DNA of 54,689 nt. Source: Betaproteobacteria bacterium (GTDB lineage Bacteria > Pseudomonadota > Gammaproteobacteria > Burkholderiales > Burkholderiaceae_C). Below are positions 1-9,198 of this stretch, one piece after another. Both the position numbers and the translations under genes were made by a program. The notes beneath the pieces were generated by a model that worked only from the letters and a program-made list of their open reading frames with translations, was not told the DNA's origin and made no database searches. Every line of letters begins with the position of its first letter. Position 1 is the first letter of the stretch. The stretch spans positions 1 to 54,689 of the forward strand of contig RFQA01000001.1 of the NCBI GenBank assembly GCA_009925925.1. Direction: 5' to 3'.

Positions 1-2
1 GG

Positions 3-1193
3 CCGCTTCGGCCTGCACCAGCGCAAGCCGCGCTGGTGCAGGCCGAAGCGGCCAATATCGCCAAAAGCCGCTTTCTGGCGATGATGAGCCACGAAATCCG
101 CACCCCCATGAATGGCGCCCTCGGACTGACCGAGTTGCTGAAAACCACGCCCCTGAATAGCGAGCAGGCCGGCTATGTGGACAACATCCTCATCGCAGGC
201 AACGCATTGCTTAGTTTGATCAACGACATCCTTGACTTCTCCAAAATTGAAGCCCATCAGATGGAGTTGGAACGCATTCCCTTCAATCCCCGGCAGGTCG
301 TGCAGGACACCTTGGCCTTGTTCCGCACCCAAGCGGAAACCAAAGGTTTAGCCTTGCACGTGGACATCGATGATCACGTGCCCGACCGCGCGACCGGCGA
401 CCCGAACCGCTTGCGGCAGGTTTGGATGAACCTGGTGGGCAATGCACTCAAGTTCACGTCAGAGGGTGAGGTCCGCATTGCACTGCTCTGCACACCAGAG
501 GGTTTGCGCTGCAGCGTGAAGGACACCGGTATCGGCATGAGCGCGGAGGTGATGTCGCAGTTGTTCGAGCCTTTCAAGCAGGGGGACAGCTCCATTTCCC
601 GCAAGTTCGGCGGCACCGGTCTGGGTCTGGTGATTTGCAAGGCGCTCATTGGGCAGATGGGCTCCGATTTGCAGGTGCAAAGCACGCCCGGGGTCGGTAC
701 CGAGTTCAGCTTCACCCTGTCGCCCGCTGCCCTGGGCTTGTCTGCGCCTGAAGCTTGGACGCGACCCGCAGAAGTAGCCGTGGAGGCAGCACCGGCAACC
801 TTGATAGACCTGTCCGGTCTGCGCATCCTGCTGGTAGACGACCAGCCCCTCAACCGCCTGCTGGCACGTAACCAGCTCAAACAGCTGGGCTGCCCACCGC
901 GCAAAGAGGCCGAGAACGGCCTGCTCGCCCTGGAGCGACTCCGGGAGGCGGAATTCGATGTGGTGCTGATGGACATGCAAATGCCGGAGATGGACGGCAT
1001 CACCGCAGCCAAAGCCTTGCGTGCCATGCCTTTGGCCCGTCAACCGCTGGTCATCGCCATGACGGCCAACGCCTACGCGGAAGACCGGTTAGCCTGCATG
1101 GATGCCGGCATGGATCTGTTTTTGAGCAAGCCCGTCCAACTCGACACCTTGCGCCAGGCATTGAACCAGGCAGGCACCCTGCGGGCTTCCTGA
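3..1193 (+). CDS. Hybrid sensor histidine kinase/response regulator (5'-truncated by window edge)
   Basis: H-box [16 protein letters not shown]-box [11 protein letters not shown]-boxes DTGIG/GGTGLGL, C-terminal receiver (LLVDD...DMQMPEMDG...SKP). Frame is open back to base 3, so the real start lies upstream. Confidence 0.93.
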   Translation, partial: PLRPAPAQAALVQAEAANIAKSRFLAMMSHEIRTPMNGALGLTELLKTTPLNSEQAGYVDNILIAGNALLSLINDILDFSKIEAHQMELERIPFNPRQVVQDTLALFRTQAETKGLALHVDIDDHVPDRATGDPNRLRQVWMNLVGNALKFTSEGEVRIALLCTPEGLRCSVKDTGIGMSAEVMSQLFEPFKQGDSSISRKFGGTGLGLVICKALIGQMGSDLQVQSTPGVGTEFSFTLSPAALGLSAPEAWTRPAEVAVEAAPATLIDLSGLRILLVDDQPLNRLLARNQLKQLGCPPRKEAENGLLALERLREAEFDVVLMDMQMPEMDGITAAKALRAMPLARQPLVIAMTANAYAEDRLACMDAGMDLFLSKPVQLDTLRQALNQAGTLRAS

Positions 1194-1240
1194 TTTCCTA
1201 GCCGGAGTTTGGAACGCCGCTTCTGTAGCGGTCGCAAAAA

Positions 1241-1255
1241 ATAGTTTCTATCTAT
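1241..1255. promoter_or_regulatory. Putative OxyR/LysR-type site ATAG-N7-CTAT
   Basis: ATAGtttctatCTAT in the AT-rich region upstream of the rubrerythrin operon; matches the OxyR half-site pattern. Confidence 0.5.
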
Positions 1256-1352
1256 AGATTAGTCAAATGCGATTGGCTTTATTGTTGCGCAATGCCTACC
1301 ATTCACTCCATGCCGCAGAAATGGTTTCTGTAGCCACCGCCAGGAGATGACC

Positions 1353-1835
1353 ATGAGCACCGCACAACGCCCCGAGATCAAGACATTTGCCAATCTGGAA
1401 GCCGCCTTCGCCGGCGAGTCCATGGCGCACATCAAGTACCGCTATTTCGCCAAGCTCTCCCGCGAGATGGGCGATGAAGCGACGGCCCGCGCCTTTGAAG
1501 AAACCGCTGACCAGGAGGTCATGCACGCATTCGGTCACTTGGACTTGCTGTACCCCAAGGCCACCATGACGCCGGCCAAGGCCTTGCAGATCGCCATCGA
1601 CGGCGAGACCTACGAGTACAGCGAGATGTACCCCGGCTTCCGCGCTACGGCAGAGGCCGAAGGCAATGCCGCCGCCGTTGCCGAGATGGACGAGCAGATT
1701 GAAGAAAGCAAGGTGCACGCAGCCCAGTTCAAAGCCACCTTGGAGAAAGCCCAGAAACGCTTTGCCGCCCTGGCCCGCGTCGAGGAGCGCCACGCCAACC
1801 ACTACAAGGCGCAACTGGCAACTCTGACCGCTTAA
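1353..1835 (+). CDS. rbr: Rubrerythrin family ferritin-like di-iron protein
   Basis: [20 protein letters not shown], ExxH motifs (EVMH, ESKVH, EERH); AGGAG RBS upstream (alternative ATG at 1347). Confidence 0.9.
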   Translation: MSTAQRPEIKTFANLEAAFAGESMAHIKYRYFAKLSREMGDEATARAFEETADQEVMHAFGHLDLLYPKATMTPAKALQIAIDGETYEYSEMYPGFRATAEAEGNAAAVAEMDEQIEESKVHAAQFKATLEKAQKRFAALARVEERHANHYKAQLATLTA

Positions 1836-1860
1836 GCCAGTATTCATCCCGCCCCATTAC

Positions 1861-1916
1861 GCTACGTTTTTAATAGCGGTTTACGCATATTCCACGAGCG
1901 CCAGCAGCACTTTTTA
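1861..1916 (+). repeat. GCTAY-N7-RKAGC dispersed motif, copy A (intergenic)
   Basis: gctac gttttta atagc ggttt acgc atattccacgagc gcc agcagcacttttta. Confidence 0.75.
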
Positions 1917-1935
1917 CCTTCAACTACTGATCACC

Positions 1936-2100
1936 ATGAAAACATATATCTGTATCGTTTGCGGCTTTGTGTATGACGAAACTGCCGGCCGCCCCGAAGA
2001 CGGCATTGCGCCCGGAACCTTGTGGGCCGATGTGCCCGAGAGCTGGGAGTGCCCGGACTGTGGCGTAGCCAAAGCGGACTTCGAGGTCGTTACGATCTAG
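1936..2100 (+). CDS. Rubredoxin (54 aa; below the ORF-track cutoff)
   Basis: Manual translation [54 protein letters not shown], with two CxxCG knuckles. Confidence 0.96.
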   Translation: MKTYICIVCGFVYDETAGRPEDGIAPGTLWADVPESWECPDCGVAKADFEVVTI

Positions 2101-2204
2101 GCCATCCGGCCTCCAGTCCACCCACAGGAAATCACGATGAATCGCAACGTCCCACCGACCCCACCCCGCCCGACTGCCCACAGCCATCGCACAGGAGCCC
2201 GCGC

Positions 2205-3392
2205 ATGAGCGGCTCTCCTGTCATCGTGATCGGTAGCGGCGTGGCCGGGTGGACCACGGTGCGTGAGTTCCGCAAGCTCGACGCCAACACTCCGGTGGTA
2301 CTGGTGACTGCAGACAGCGGGGACTTCTATGCCAAGCCCACGCTTTCCAACGCTTACGCCCAAAAGCGGGGTCCGGCGCAACTGGTGACGACCCCCGCCG
2401 CCAAAATGGCCGAGACCCTGCAAGTCACGCTGATGGACCATTCACGTGCGGAAAGCCTGGACACAAACGCCAAGACCCTCACGGTGCGTCAGGGTGACAC
2501 AGCGCAAACCTTGAGCTACCGCCAGCTCGTACTCGCCACCGGTGCTCACCCGATTCGCATTCCCTTGCAGGGCGACGCTGCAACCCAAGTGCGCTCCATC
2601 AACACACTTGACGATTTCGCGGGTTTCCACGCCGCACTGGGTGTGGATGCCACCGTGCCCGGCAGTGGCGAAGGTAAAACCGTAGTAGTGATGGGTGCCG
2701 GCCTGATCGGCTGCGAGTTTGCCAACGACCTCGCGCTAGCCGGTGTCCATGTCCATGTAGCGGACCCCTCTGCACGCCCATTGGCTGCCTTGTTGCCCGC
2801 CAAAGCTGGCGAACAATTGCAGGCCGCTTTGTCCGGCCTGGGCGTGCAATGGCACTTCGGCACCTCGGTCGCGTCTGTGAATGCGGATGCCAACGGAAAG
2901 CTGCTGGCCACCCTGGCGGATGGCAGCATCGTACCGGCCGATCTGGTGCTCAGCGCCATTGGCTTGCGCGCCGATACCGCTCTGGCACTGGCTGCAGGGC
3001 TGGCCTGTGAACGGGGTGTTCTTGTGAACACTCGCTTGGAAACGTCCGCCGCGGATATCTACGCCCTGGGCGACTGTGCCCAGTACGAGAGTGCCGGTCA
3101 ACGCACCCTGCCTTACGTCATGCCTGTGATGACCGCAGCCCGCGCACTGGCCGCCACCTTGGCAGGCACGCCCACCGTAGTGGTGTTTCCCTTGATGCCC
3201 GTCAGCATCAAAACACCGGCTTTGCCCATTGTGGTGGCTGCAGCGCATCCCGCCACGGCGGGCCAATGGGAGGCTGAAGGCGGTGAGGGTGCCTGGCGTT
3301 TTGTGGATTCGGCCGGTCAGCAAAGGGGCTTTGTGCTGGCAGGCAAAAGCACCGCGCGCCGCATGGAAATGGCCAAACTCACCACCGCGTAA
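2205..3392 (+). CDS. Rubredoxin-NAD(P)+ reductase-like FAD-dependent oxidoreductase
   Basis: GSGVAG FAD motif, YAKPTLS, GAGLIGCEFANDL, IYALGDCA; adjacent to rubredoxin; AGGAG before ATG 2205. Confidence 0.88.
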   Translation: MSGSPVIVIGSGVAGWTTVREFRKLDANTPVVLVTADSGDFYAKPTLSNAYAQKRGPAQLVTTPAAKMAETLQVTLMDHSRAESLDTNAKTLTVRQGDTAQTLSYRQLVLATGAHPIRIPLQGDAATQVRSINTLDDFAGFHAALGVDATVPGSGEGKTVVVMGAGLIGCEFANDLALAGVHVHVADPSARPLAALLPAKAGEQLQAALSGLGVQWHFGTSVASVNADANGKLLATLADGSIVPADLVLSAIGLRADTALALAAGLACERGVLVNTRLETSAADIYALGDCAQYESAGQRTLPYVMPVMTAARALAATLAGTPTVVVFPLMPVSIKTPALPIVVAAAHPATAGQWEAEGGEGAWRFVDSAGQQRGFVLAGKSTARRMEMAKLTTA

Positions 3393-3548
3393 GGATGCCA
3401 AAGGACTGGTCATAACCCCATACGCCATTCGCATAAAGTTGGCCTCCTCTCTAGCGGGGAGTTAGAGAGCCACGCCTACAATGCAAAGCCCATTACCGTG
3501 CTGGGGCACGCCTCGTGTTGCGAGAGCCCCGGCCACAGAGGAAGCCGA

Positions 3549-5827
3549 ATGACAGACCAGACCACGCCGCTCACGCCACGCCCCCCTGTTTCCAATTCCG
3601 CTGAAAAGAAAGCCCAGTTGCGGCAAGCGGCGCTGGAGTACCACGAGTTTCCCACCCCCGGCAAAGTAGCGATTAGCGCGACCAAGCAGCTCATCAACCA
3701 GCATGATCTGGCGCTGGCGTACTCCCCCGGCGTGGCAGCCCCGTGCGAAGAAATCGTCAAAGACCCGAACAACGCCTTCAAATACACCAGCCGCGGCAAC
3801 CTGGTGGCCGTGATCACCAACGGCACTGCCGTGCTGGGTTTGGGCGACATCGGCCCACTGGGAAAAACGACCTCGACAAGCTGGTCGACATCATTGCATC
3901 GCTGGAGCCCACCTTCGGCGGCATCAACCTCGAAGACATCAAGGCGCCCGACTGCTTTTATGTGGAACGCAAGTTGCGCGAGCGCATGAAGATCCCGGTG
4001 TTCCACGACGACCAGCACGGTACCGCCATTTGCGTGGGCGCCGCCATCCTGAACGGCTTGAAGATTGCTGGCAAAGATCCCAAAAAGGTCAAGCTCGTGA
4101 CCTCGGGTGCGGGTGCTGCGGCATTGGCCTGCCTCGGCTTGCTGGTCAAGCTGGGCATTCCACGCGAAAACATCTTTGTGACCGACTTGGCAGGCGTGGT
4201 CTTTGAGGGCCGCACCGAGCTCATGGACGAGGACAAGATCCAGTTCGCCCAGAAGACCGATGCCCGCACATTGCGTGAAGTCATCGCAGGTGCAGACATC
4301 TTCCTGGGCCTCTCCGCCGGCGGCGTGCTCAAGCAGGACATGGTCAAGTCCATGGCGGACAAACCTCTGATTTTTGCGCTGGCCAACCCCACGCCCGAAA
4401 TCCTGCCGGAAGAAGTCAAGGCCGTGCGCGACGACGCCATCATGGCAACCGGCCGTACCGATTACCCCAACCAGGTCAATAACGTCCTGTGCTTCCCCTA
4501 CATCTTCCGCGGTGCATTGGATGCCGGCGCATCCACCATCACCCTGGAAATGGAGATTGCAGCTGTCCATGCGATCGCCGAACTGGCACAAGCAGAGCAA
4601 AGTGAAGTGGTGGCAGCCGCCTATGTCGGCGAGCAGCTCGCTTTCGGCCCGGAGTACCTGATTCCCAAGCCTTTCGATCCGCGCTTGATGATGAAAATTG
4701 CACCGGCGGTGGCGCAGGCTGCCGCTGACAGCGGTGTAGCGTTGCGCCCCATCCGGGACATGGATGCCTACCGCGAGAAGCTGCAGAGCTTTGTGTATGC
4801 CTCAGGCACCACCATGAAGCCTATCTTCAATGCTGCCAAAAAAGCCCTGAAGAAGCGCGTGGCCTACGCCGAGGGCGAAGACGAGCGCGTATTGCGTGCC
4901 GCCCAGATCGTGGTGGACGAGCGCCTCGCACTGCCCACTTTGATCGGACGCCCTGCGGTGATTGCCGAGCGCATCGAGAAATTTGGTCTGCGCCTGAAAG
5001 AAAACGTGGACTACAACGTGGTGAACGTCGAGCAGGACCACCGTTACCGCGACTTCTGGCAGTCCTACCATCGCATGACCGAGCGCAAAGGTGTCACGGT
5101 TCAAATGGCGAAGATTGAAATGCGCCGTCGCCTGACTCTGATTGGCGCCATGTTGCTGAGCAAGGGCGACGTGGACGGCCTGATCTGCGGCACCTGGGGC
5201 ACCACCGCCACGCACTTGCATTACATCGACCAGGTGATCGGCAAACGCCACGGTGGAAGCCCAAGCACCCCGCAGGATGTACAGATTTACGCCTGCATGA
5301 ACGGCCTGATGCTGCCCAACCGCCAGGTCTTTCTGGTGGACACCCACGTCAACTACGACCCGACCGCCGAACAGCTGTGCGAAATCACGGTCATGGCCGC
5401 CGAAGAAATGATGCGCTTCGGCTTCAAGCCCAAGGCTGCATTGCTGAGCCACTCCAACTTCGGCAGCAGCAACGAACCCAGCGCCATCAAAATGCGCCGC
5501 ACCCTGGAACTGCTGCGCGAACAAGCCCCGTGGCTGGAAGTGGACGGCGAGATGCACGGCGACGTCGCACTGGATGGCGCAGCCCGCAAGGCGCTGATGC
5601 CCAACAGCACCCTGCATGGGGATGCCAACCTGTTGGTTCTACCGAATATCGATGCGGCCAACATTGCCTACAACCTGCTCAAAACGGCAGCAGGCGGCAA
5701 TATCGCCATCGGGCCGGTGCTACTGGGCGCGGCCAAACCGGTGCACGTGTTGACGGCGAGCACGACCGTGCGCCGCATCGTCAACATGACTGCTCTGACG
5801 GTCGCAGACGCCAACGCTACACGCTGA
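3549..5827 (+). pseudogene. maeB: NADP-dependent malic enzyme/PTA fusion with an internal frameshifting deletion near 3861 (true pseudogene or assembly artefact)
   Basis: N-part ...[10 protein letters not shown]...[15 protein letters not shown] is in one frame and [29 protein letters not shown]...HDDQHGTA plus the PTA domain is in another. The conserved intervening [25 protein letters not shown] segment is absent. Confidence 0.85.
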
Positions 5828-5871
5828 GTTTTCGGGGCAGTTAGTGCCCACTCAGCTTGTAAAATTTGTGT

Positions 5872-5910
5872 AAGGGCTTGCTTATTTATTGAGCAAGCCC
5901 TTGCTTTTTT
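5872..5910 (+). terminator. Intrinsic terminator after maeB
   Basis: aagggcttgct / agcaagccctt inverted repeat followed by gctttttt; a second hairpin gctgagt/actcagc lies at 5823-5856. Confidence 0.7.
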
Positions 5911-5978
5911 GTGCCGAATACGCGACACTAGCGGCTTACTTTTTCGGGTTAACCCGCGGTAGTCGTAAAGGATTCTGG

Positions 5979-6371
5979 GTGCACAAGGGAGTTATCAAGT
6001 TAGTACTTACTGGCTTGTTTTTGACGGTGGCATGGTCTGCCGGTGTCTCCTCTGCCAAAGAAGCTTCGGCTTTTGTAGCAGAGTCGACTGTTGCACTTGC
6101 CAGCCTGCCCCCCCAAGCCCGAACGACCTACAACCTGGTCCTGCAAGGTGGTCCTTTTCCCTACGACAAAGACGGCGACGTCTTCGGTAACCGGGAGCGG
6201 ATTCTGCCCTTGCAGCCCCGAGGTTTTTACCGCGAATACACCGTGAAGACGCCCGGAGCGTCCAACCGGGGAGCCCGAAGAATTGTGTGTGGCGGCAAGC
6301 AAGTCACTGCACCTCAAGCCTGTTATTACACGGCCGATCACTATGCGAGTTTTCGCAAGATCGTGCCTTGA
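5979..6371 (+). CDS. Secreted guanyl-specific ribonuclease (barnase/RNase Sa family)
   Basis: Signal-peptide-like N-terminus; GGPFPYDKDGDVFGNRE, YREYTVKTPG, RGARRIV, YYTADHYASF. GTG start is inferred. Confidence 0.88.
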   Translation: MHKGVIKLVLTGLFLTVAWSAGVSSAKEASAFVAESTVALASLPPQARTTYNLVLQGGPFPYDKDGDVFGNRERILPLQPRGFYREYTVKTPGASNRGARRIVCGGKQVTAPQACYYTADHYASFRKIVP

Positions 6372-6405
6372 GCCGAATTTTGTACTTTGAGAAAGAGAAT
6401 CGGGG

Positions 6406-6807
6406 ATGGATACGCCACTTCGAACTGTCAGAACGAATATCGTTCAATCGATCCGCGCTTTTCGCGTGTCGGACCTGCAGGAAGCCGCACAAGGTCTGGG
6501 TCACCACTTTCTGTACGCCAACCTGGCTAACGCCCAGACCAAACAGGATGTGCTGGACATGATCGGCCAGCAATTCATGCTGCCGACCACCGTCAGCAAG
6601 AATTTTGACGCGCTGTACGACAACCTGACCGACCCTGTGCACAAGTCGGGCCCTCAGCCCGGTTTTGTAGCGGTGCTGGAACACATTCCCGCGAACGTCA
6701 AGTTCGACAAGGAGGCGCGCGAGCAGCTCTTGGACATTTTCCGTGACACCGCGGACTACTGGGGAGACCGGAAAATTCCTTTCCGATGCTTCTATTCTTT
6801 TCTGTAG
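6406..6807 (+). CDS. Barstar family ribonuclease inhibitor
   Basis: KNFDALYDNLTD motif; directly downstream of the ribonuclease. Confidence 0.88.
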   Translation: MDTPLRTVRTNIVQSIRAFRVSDLQEAAQGLGHHFLYANLANAQTKQDVLDMIGQQFMLPTTVSKNFDALYDNLTDPVHKSGPQPGFVAVLEHIPANVKFDKEAREQLLDIFRDTADYWGDRKIPFRCFYSFL

Positions 6808-7001
6808 CCCGTTCTGCACAAACCAGCCAAGCAGAACGGGCGAACGAGGCAAGCAGCGAAGCCGTGGCAGACATTGCCATTACCGAGCCGATTACCGACA
6901 TCGGCGAAAAAATGCCGACCGACAAGTTGTTGGATGTGTCGCCCCTGGCGCTGCGCATGAGCAGCCCCTTTAACGCGGGATACTGGTTGGCAGCCGCCTG
7001 A
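6786..7001 (+). CDS. Small hypothetical ORF in the -1 frame of barstar (alternative start ATG 6912, 29 aa), ending WLAAA
   Basis: Coding-like codons; ends just before a terminator; start uncertain. Confidence 0.45.
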   Translation: MLLFFSVARSAQTSQAERANEASSEAVADIAITEPITDIGEKMPTDKLLDVSPLALRMSSPFNAGYWLAAA

Positions 7002-7018
7002 TCAGTACGGTAGGGAAG

Positions 7019-7050
7019 CAAAAAGGCCTGTTTGTGACAGGCCTTTTTTC
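7019..7050. terminator. Bidirectional intrinsic terminator
   Basis: aaaaaggcctgt / acaggcctttt stem with A/T tails between convergent genes. Confidence 0.8.
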
Positions 7051-7087
7051 ATAGGGGCTCCAAAAACAGGCGCGCTCTAACGGGTAG

Positions 7088-7882
7088 TTAAGCCTTCAGC
7101 GATTGCACCAAAGCCACATACTCTTCCACCGGAACCTCCTGGGCTCGACGTTGCACGTCAAACTGGCCTGAAAAACCCTGCTGCTCCAGCCAGGCCCCCA
7201 GTGTGTGGCGCAGCAACTTGCGGCGCTGGCTAAACGCCACCTGCACCATTTCCGAAAACAGCGCCACATCCAGCACCGGCGGCTGGGCCAGAGGCACCAT
7301 GCGCACCACGGCACTGTTGACCCGGGGCGGAGGGTCGAAGCATTCCGGAGGAACAAACAGCACGTCCTCCATCGCATAGCGCCATTGCAGCATCACACTC
7401 AGGCGACTGAAGTCGGAGCTGTCAGGCGGGGCCACCATGCGATCAATCACTTCCTTTTGCAGCATGAAGTGCTGGTCTTCAATGCACTCCACGTAGTCCA
7501 GCAAATGGAAAAGGATGGGCGTTGAGATGTTGTAGGGCAGGTTACCCACCACCCGCAGTTTGCGAGCTGATGTATTGACCGCTACATTTTCAGGAGCTGT
7601 TGGCGCAATGTCGGTGCGGCTGAAGTCCACGTTCAGCACATCTGACTCAATCACATGGAGCTGAGGATGACTGCGCAGGCGTTTGGCCAGATCACGGTCC
7701 AGCTCAATCACGGTCAGGCGACCCAAGCGCTCCACCAAAGGTTGGGTCAACGCCGCCAGACCGGGGCCGATTTCCACCATCGGGTCGCCGGGCTGCGGAT
7801 TGATCGCCTGAACGATCGCATCAATGATGCCGGAGTCCGACAAAAAGTGCTGACCGAAACGCTTGCGCGCCAGATGCTTCAT
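7088..7882 (-). CDS. rsmA: 16S rRNA m6,2A1518/1519 dimethyltransferase
   Basis: [34 protein letters not shown]. Confidence 0.96.
   Translation of the reverse strand: MKHLARKRFGQHFLSDSGIIDAIVQAINPQPGDPMVEIGPGLAALTQPLVERLGRLTVIELDRDLAKRLRSHPQLHVIESDVLNVDFSRTDIAPTAPENVAVNTSARKLRVVGNLPYNISTPILFHLLDYVECIEDQHFMLQKEVIDRMVAPPDSSDFSRLSVMLQWRYAMEDVLFVPPECFDPPPRVNSAVVRMVPLAQPPVLDVALFSEMVQVAFSQRRKLLRHTLGAWLEQQGFSGQFDVQRRAQEVPVEEYVALVQSLKA
7581..7630 (+). repeat. Dispersed motif, copy F (inside rsmA, antisense)
   Basis: gctac attttca ggagc tgttg gcgc aatgtcggtgcg gct (N12 variant); encodes the loop [14 protein letters not shown]. Confidence 0.65.
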
Positions 7883-9198
7883 TGCGGGGCCTCACGCATA
7901 TCCACAAAGGCACGGGCGCGCACGTCGCGAGCCCAAGCGGTGTAGGCCTCTTCATAGCGGCTCTGGCGCAACTGAGCGCGAACGGACTCGCGGATCTGTT
8001 GGGGGCTCAACTCCACGCGGCGCTTATCCACCAACTGAATCAGGTGTACACCGAAGCGCGACACCACCGGCGGACTGATAGCGCCTTCGTCCTGCAAGCG
8101 GTTCATGGCCTCTTCAAACTCAGGCACAAACATGCCCGGTGTTGCCCAACCCAAATCACCCCCTTGTTCGGCCGACGAGTCTTGCGACATCTTGCGGGCC
8201 ATGGACGCGAAATCGATCTTTCCGCTCACGATCTGTTGGCGGGCATCGGCCAACCGGGCAATCGCTTGGGCTTGGGGAAGCTGGGGCGAATTGCGCAACA
8301 AAATGTGGCGTGCACGCGTTTGAACCATGGTCTGGACCAGGCGGGTCGGCGCCTTGCGCTCCACCAGCTTGAGGATGTGGAAACCCGCACCGGTACGCAC
8401 CACGTCCGCAATCTCGCCCACTTTCAAGCCTTGGGTGGCGTTCACAAACGAAGGCGGCAACCGGTCACCGCGGCGCAGACCGATCTGTCCACCGTTGTTG
8501 CGGTCAGCCGAGGAAAACTCTTGGACCAGCTTATTGAAGTCCTCGCCATCGCGCGCACGTTGCAGCACTTTTTGGGCCTTCAGGTACAGGGCTGCGGCTT
8601 CTTCGCCATTGGCCTTCTCAGGGACCACAATCAGGATTTGCGCAAGATTGAGTTCCTGGGCGAAGGGGTCCGTGTTGTTGGCCTGCTGCTCCTGAATCGC
8701 ACGGTCCACATCCACATCCGACACCTTGATGGAGGACTCCACCTCGCGCTCATGCAAGCGGCTCAGGGTCAGCTGATCGCGCAGGCCATCGCGGAAGCCC
8801 TGCACCGTTACACCGTCCTTGGCGAGCTTCTGACGCAGGGCCACCACATCCACACCGTTTTGGCTGGCCACATTTTGCTCGGCGCGATCGATAGCGCCCG
8901 CATCCATGCGGATACCCAACTCCCGGGCTAGTTGCAGTTGCGCTTTGTCATTGATCATCCGCTCCAACACCAAGCGGCGCAATTCCTCAGGCGCAGGGGC
9001 GGCCTGGGCTTGTTGCGTCAATTGCTGCGACACACGCCGGACTTCAATGCTCAGCTCCTGAAAAGTGATGGGCTCGGAGTTCACTACAGCAACGATGTAG
9101 TCACCCGGAAGGGCCTGCTGGGCCATCAGGGCCGGGGTTGCCGCTGTCAGGAGGCACGCCAAGGCCCAAGCGCGTACGCTGGATTTCATGGTTTTCAA
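7879..9198 (-). CDS. surA: Periplasmic chaperone/PPIase SurA
   Basis: Signal peptide, [11 protein letters not shown], two parvulin domains ([19 protein letters not shown]); lies between lptD and rsmA. Confidence 0.93.
   Translation of the reverse strand: MKTMKSSVRAWALACLLTAATPALMAQQALPGDYIVAVVNSEPITFQELSIEVRRVSQQLTQQAQAAPAPEELRRLVLERMINDKAQLQLARELGIRMDAGAIDRAEQNVASQNGVDVVALRQKLAKDGVTVQGFRDGLRDQLTLSRLHEREVESSIKVSDVDVDRAIQEQQANNTDPFAQELNLAQILIVVPEKANGEEAAALYLKAQKVLQRARDGEDFNKLVQEFSSADRNNGGQIGLRRGDRLPPSFVNATQGLKVGEIADVVRTGAGFHILKLVERKAPTRLVQTMVQTRARHILLRNSPQLPQAQAIARLADARQQIVSGKIDFASMARKMSQDSSAEQGGDLGWATPGMFVPEFEEAMNRLQDEGAISPPVVSRFGVHLIQLVDKRRVELSPQQIRESVRAQLRQSRYEEAYTAWARDVRARAFVDMREAPQ

Noticed and set aside
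2022-2204. N-terminal extension of the rubredoxin reductase ORF
   Set aside because: It overlaps the rubredoxin gene; the FAD motif and RBS support ATG 2205.
3743-3989. Programmed frameshift in maeB
   Set aside because: Conserved residues are missing from all frames, so this is a deletion rather than recoding.
6032-6079. Possible eleventh motif copy in the RNase gene (reverse complement gctac aaaagcc gaagc...)
   Set aside because: The first dyad and GC positions fit but other blocks are weak, so it was not counted. Similar partial matches at 7057-7073, 32194-32240 and 35526-35543 were also excluded.
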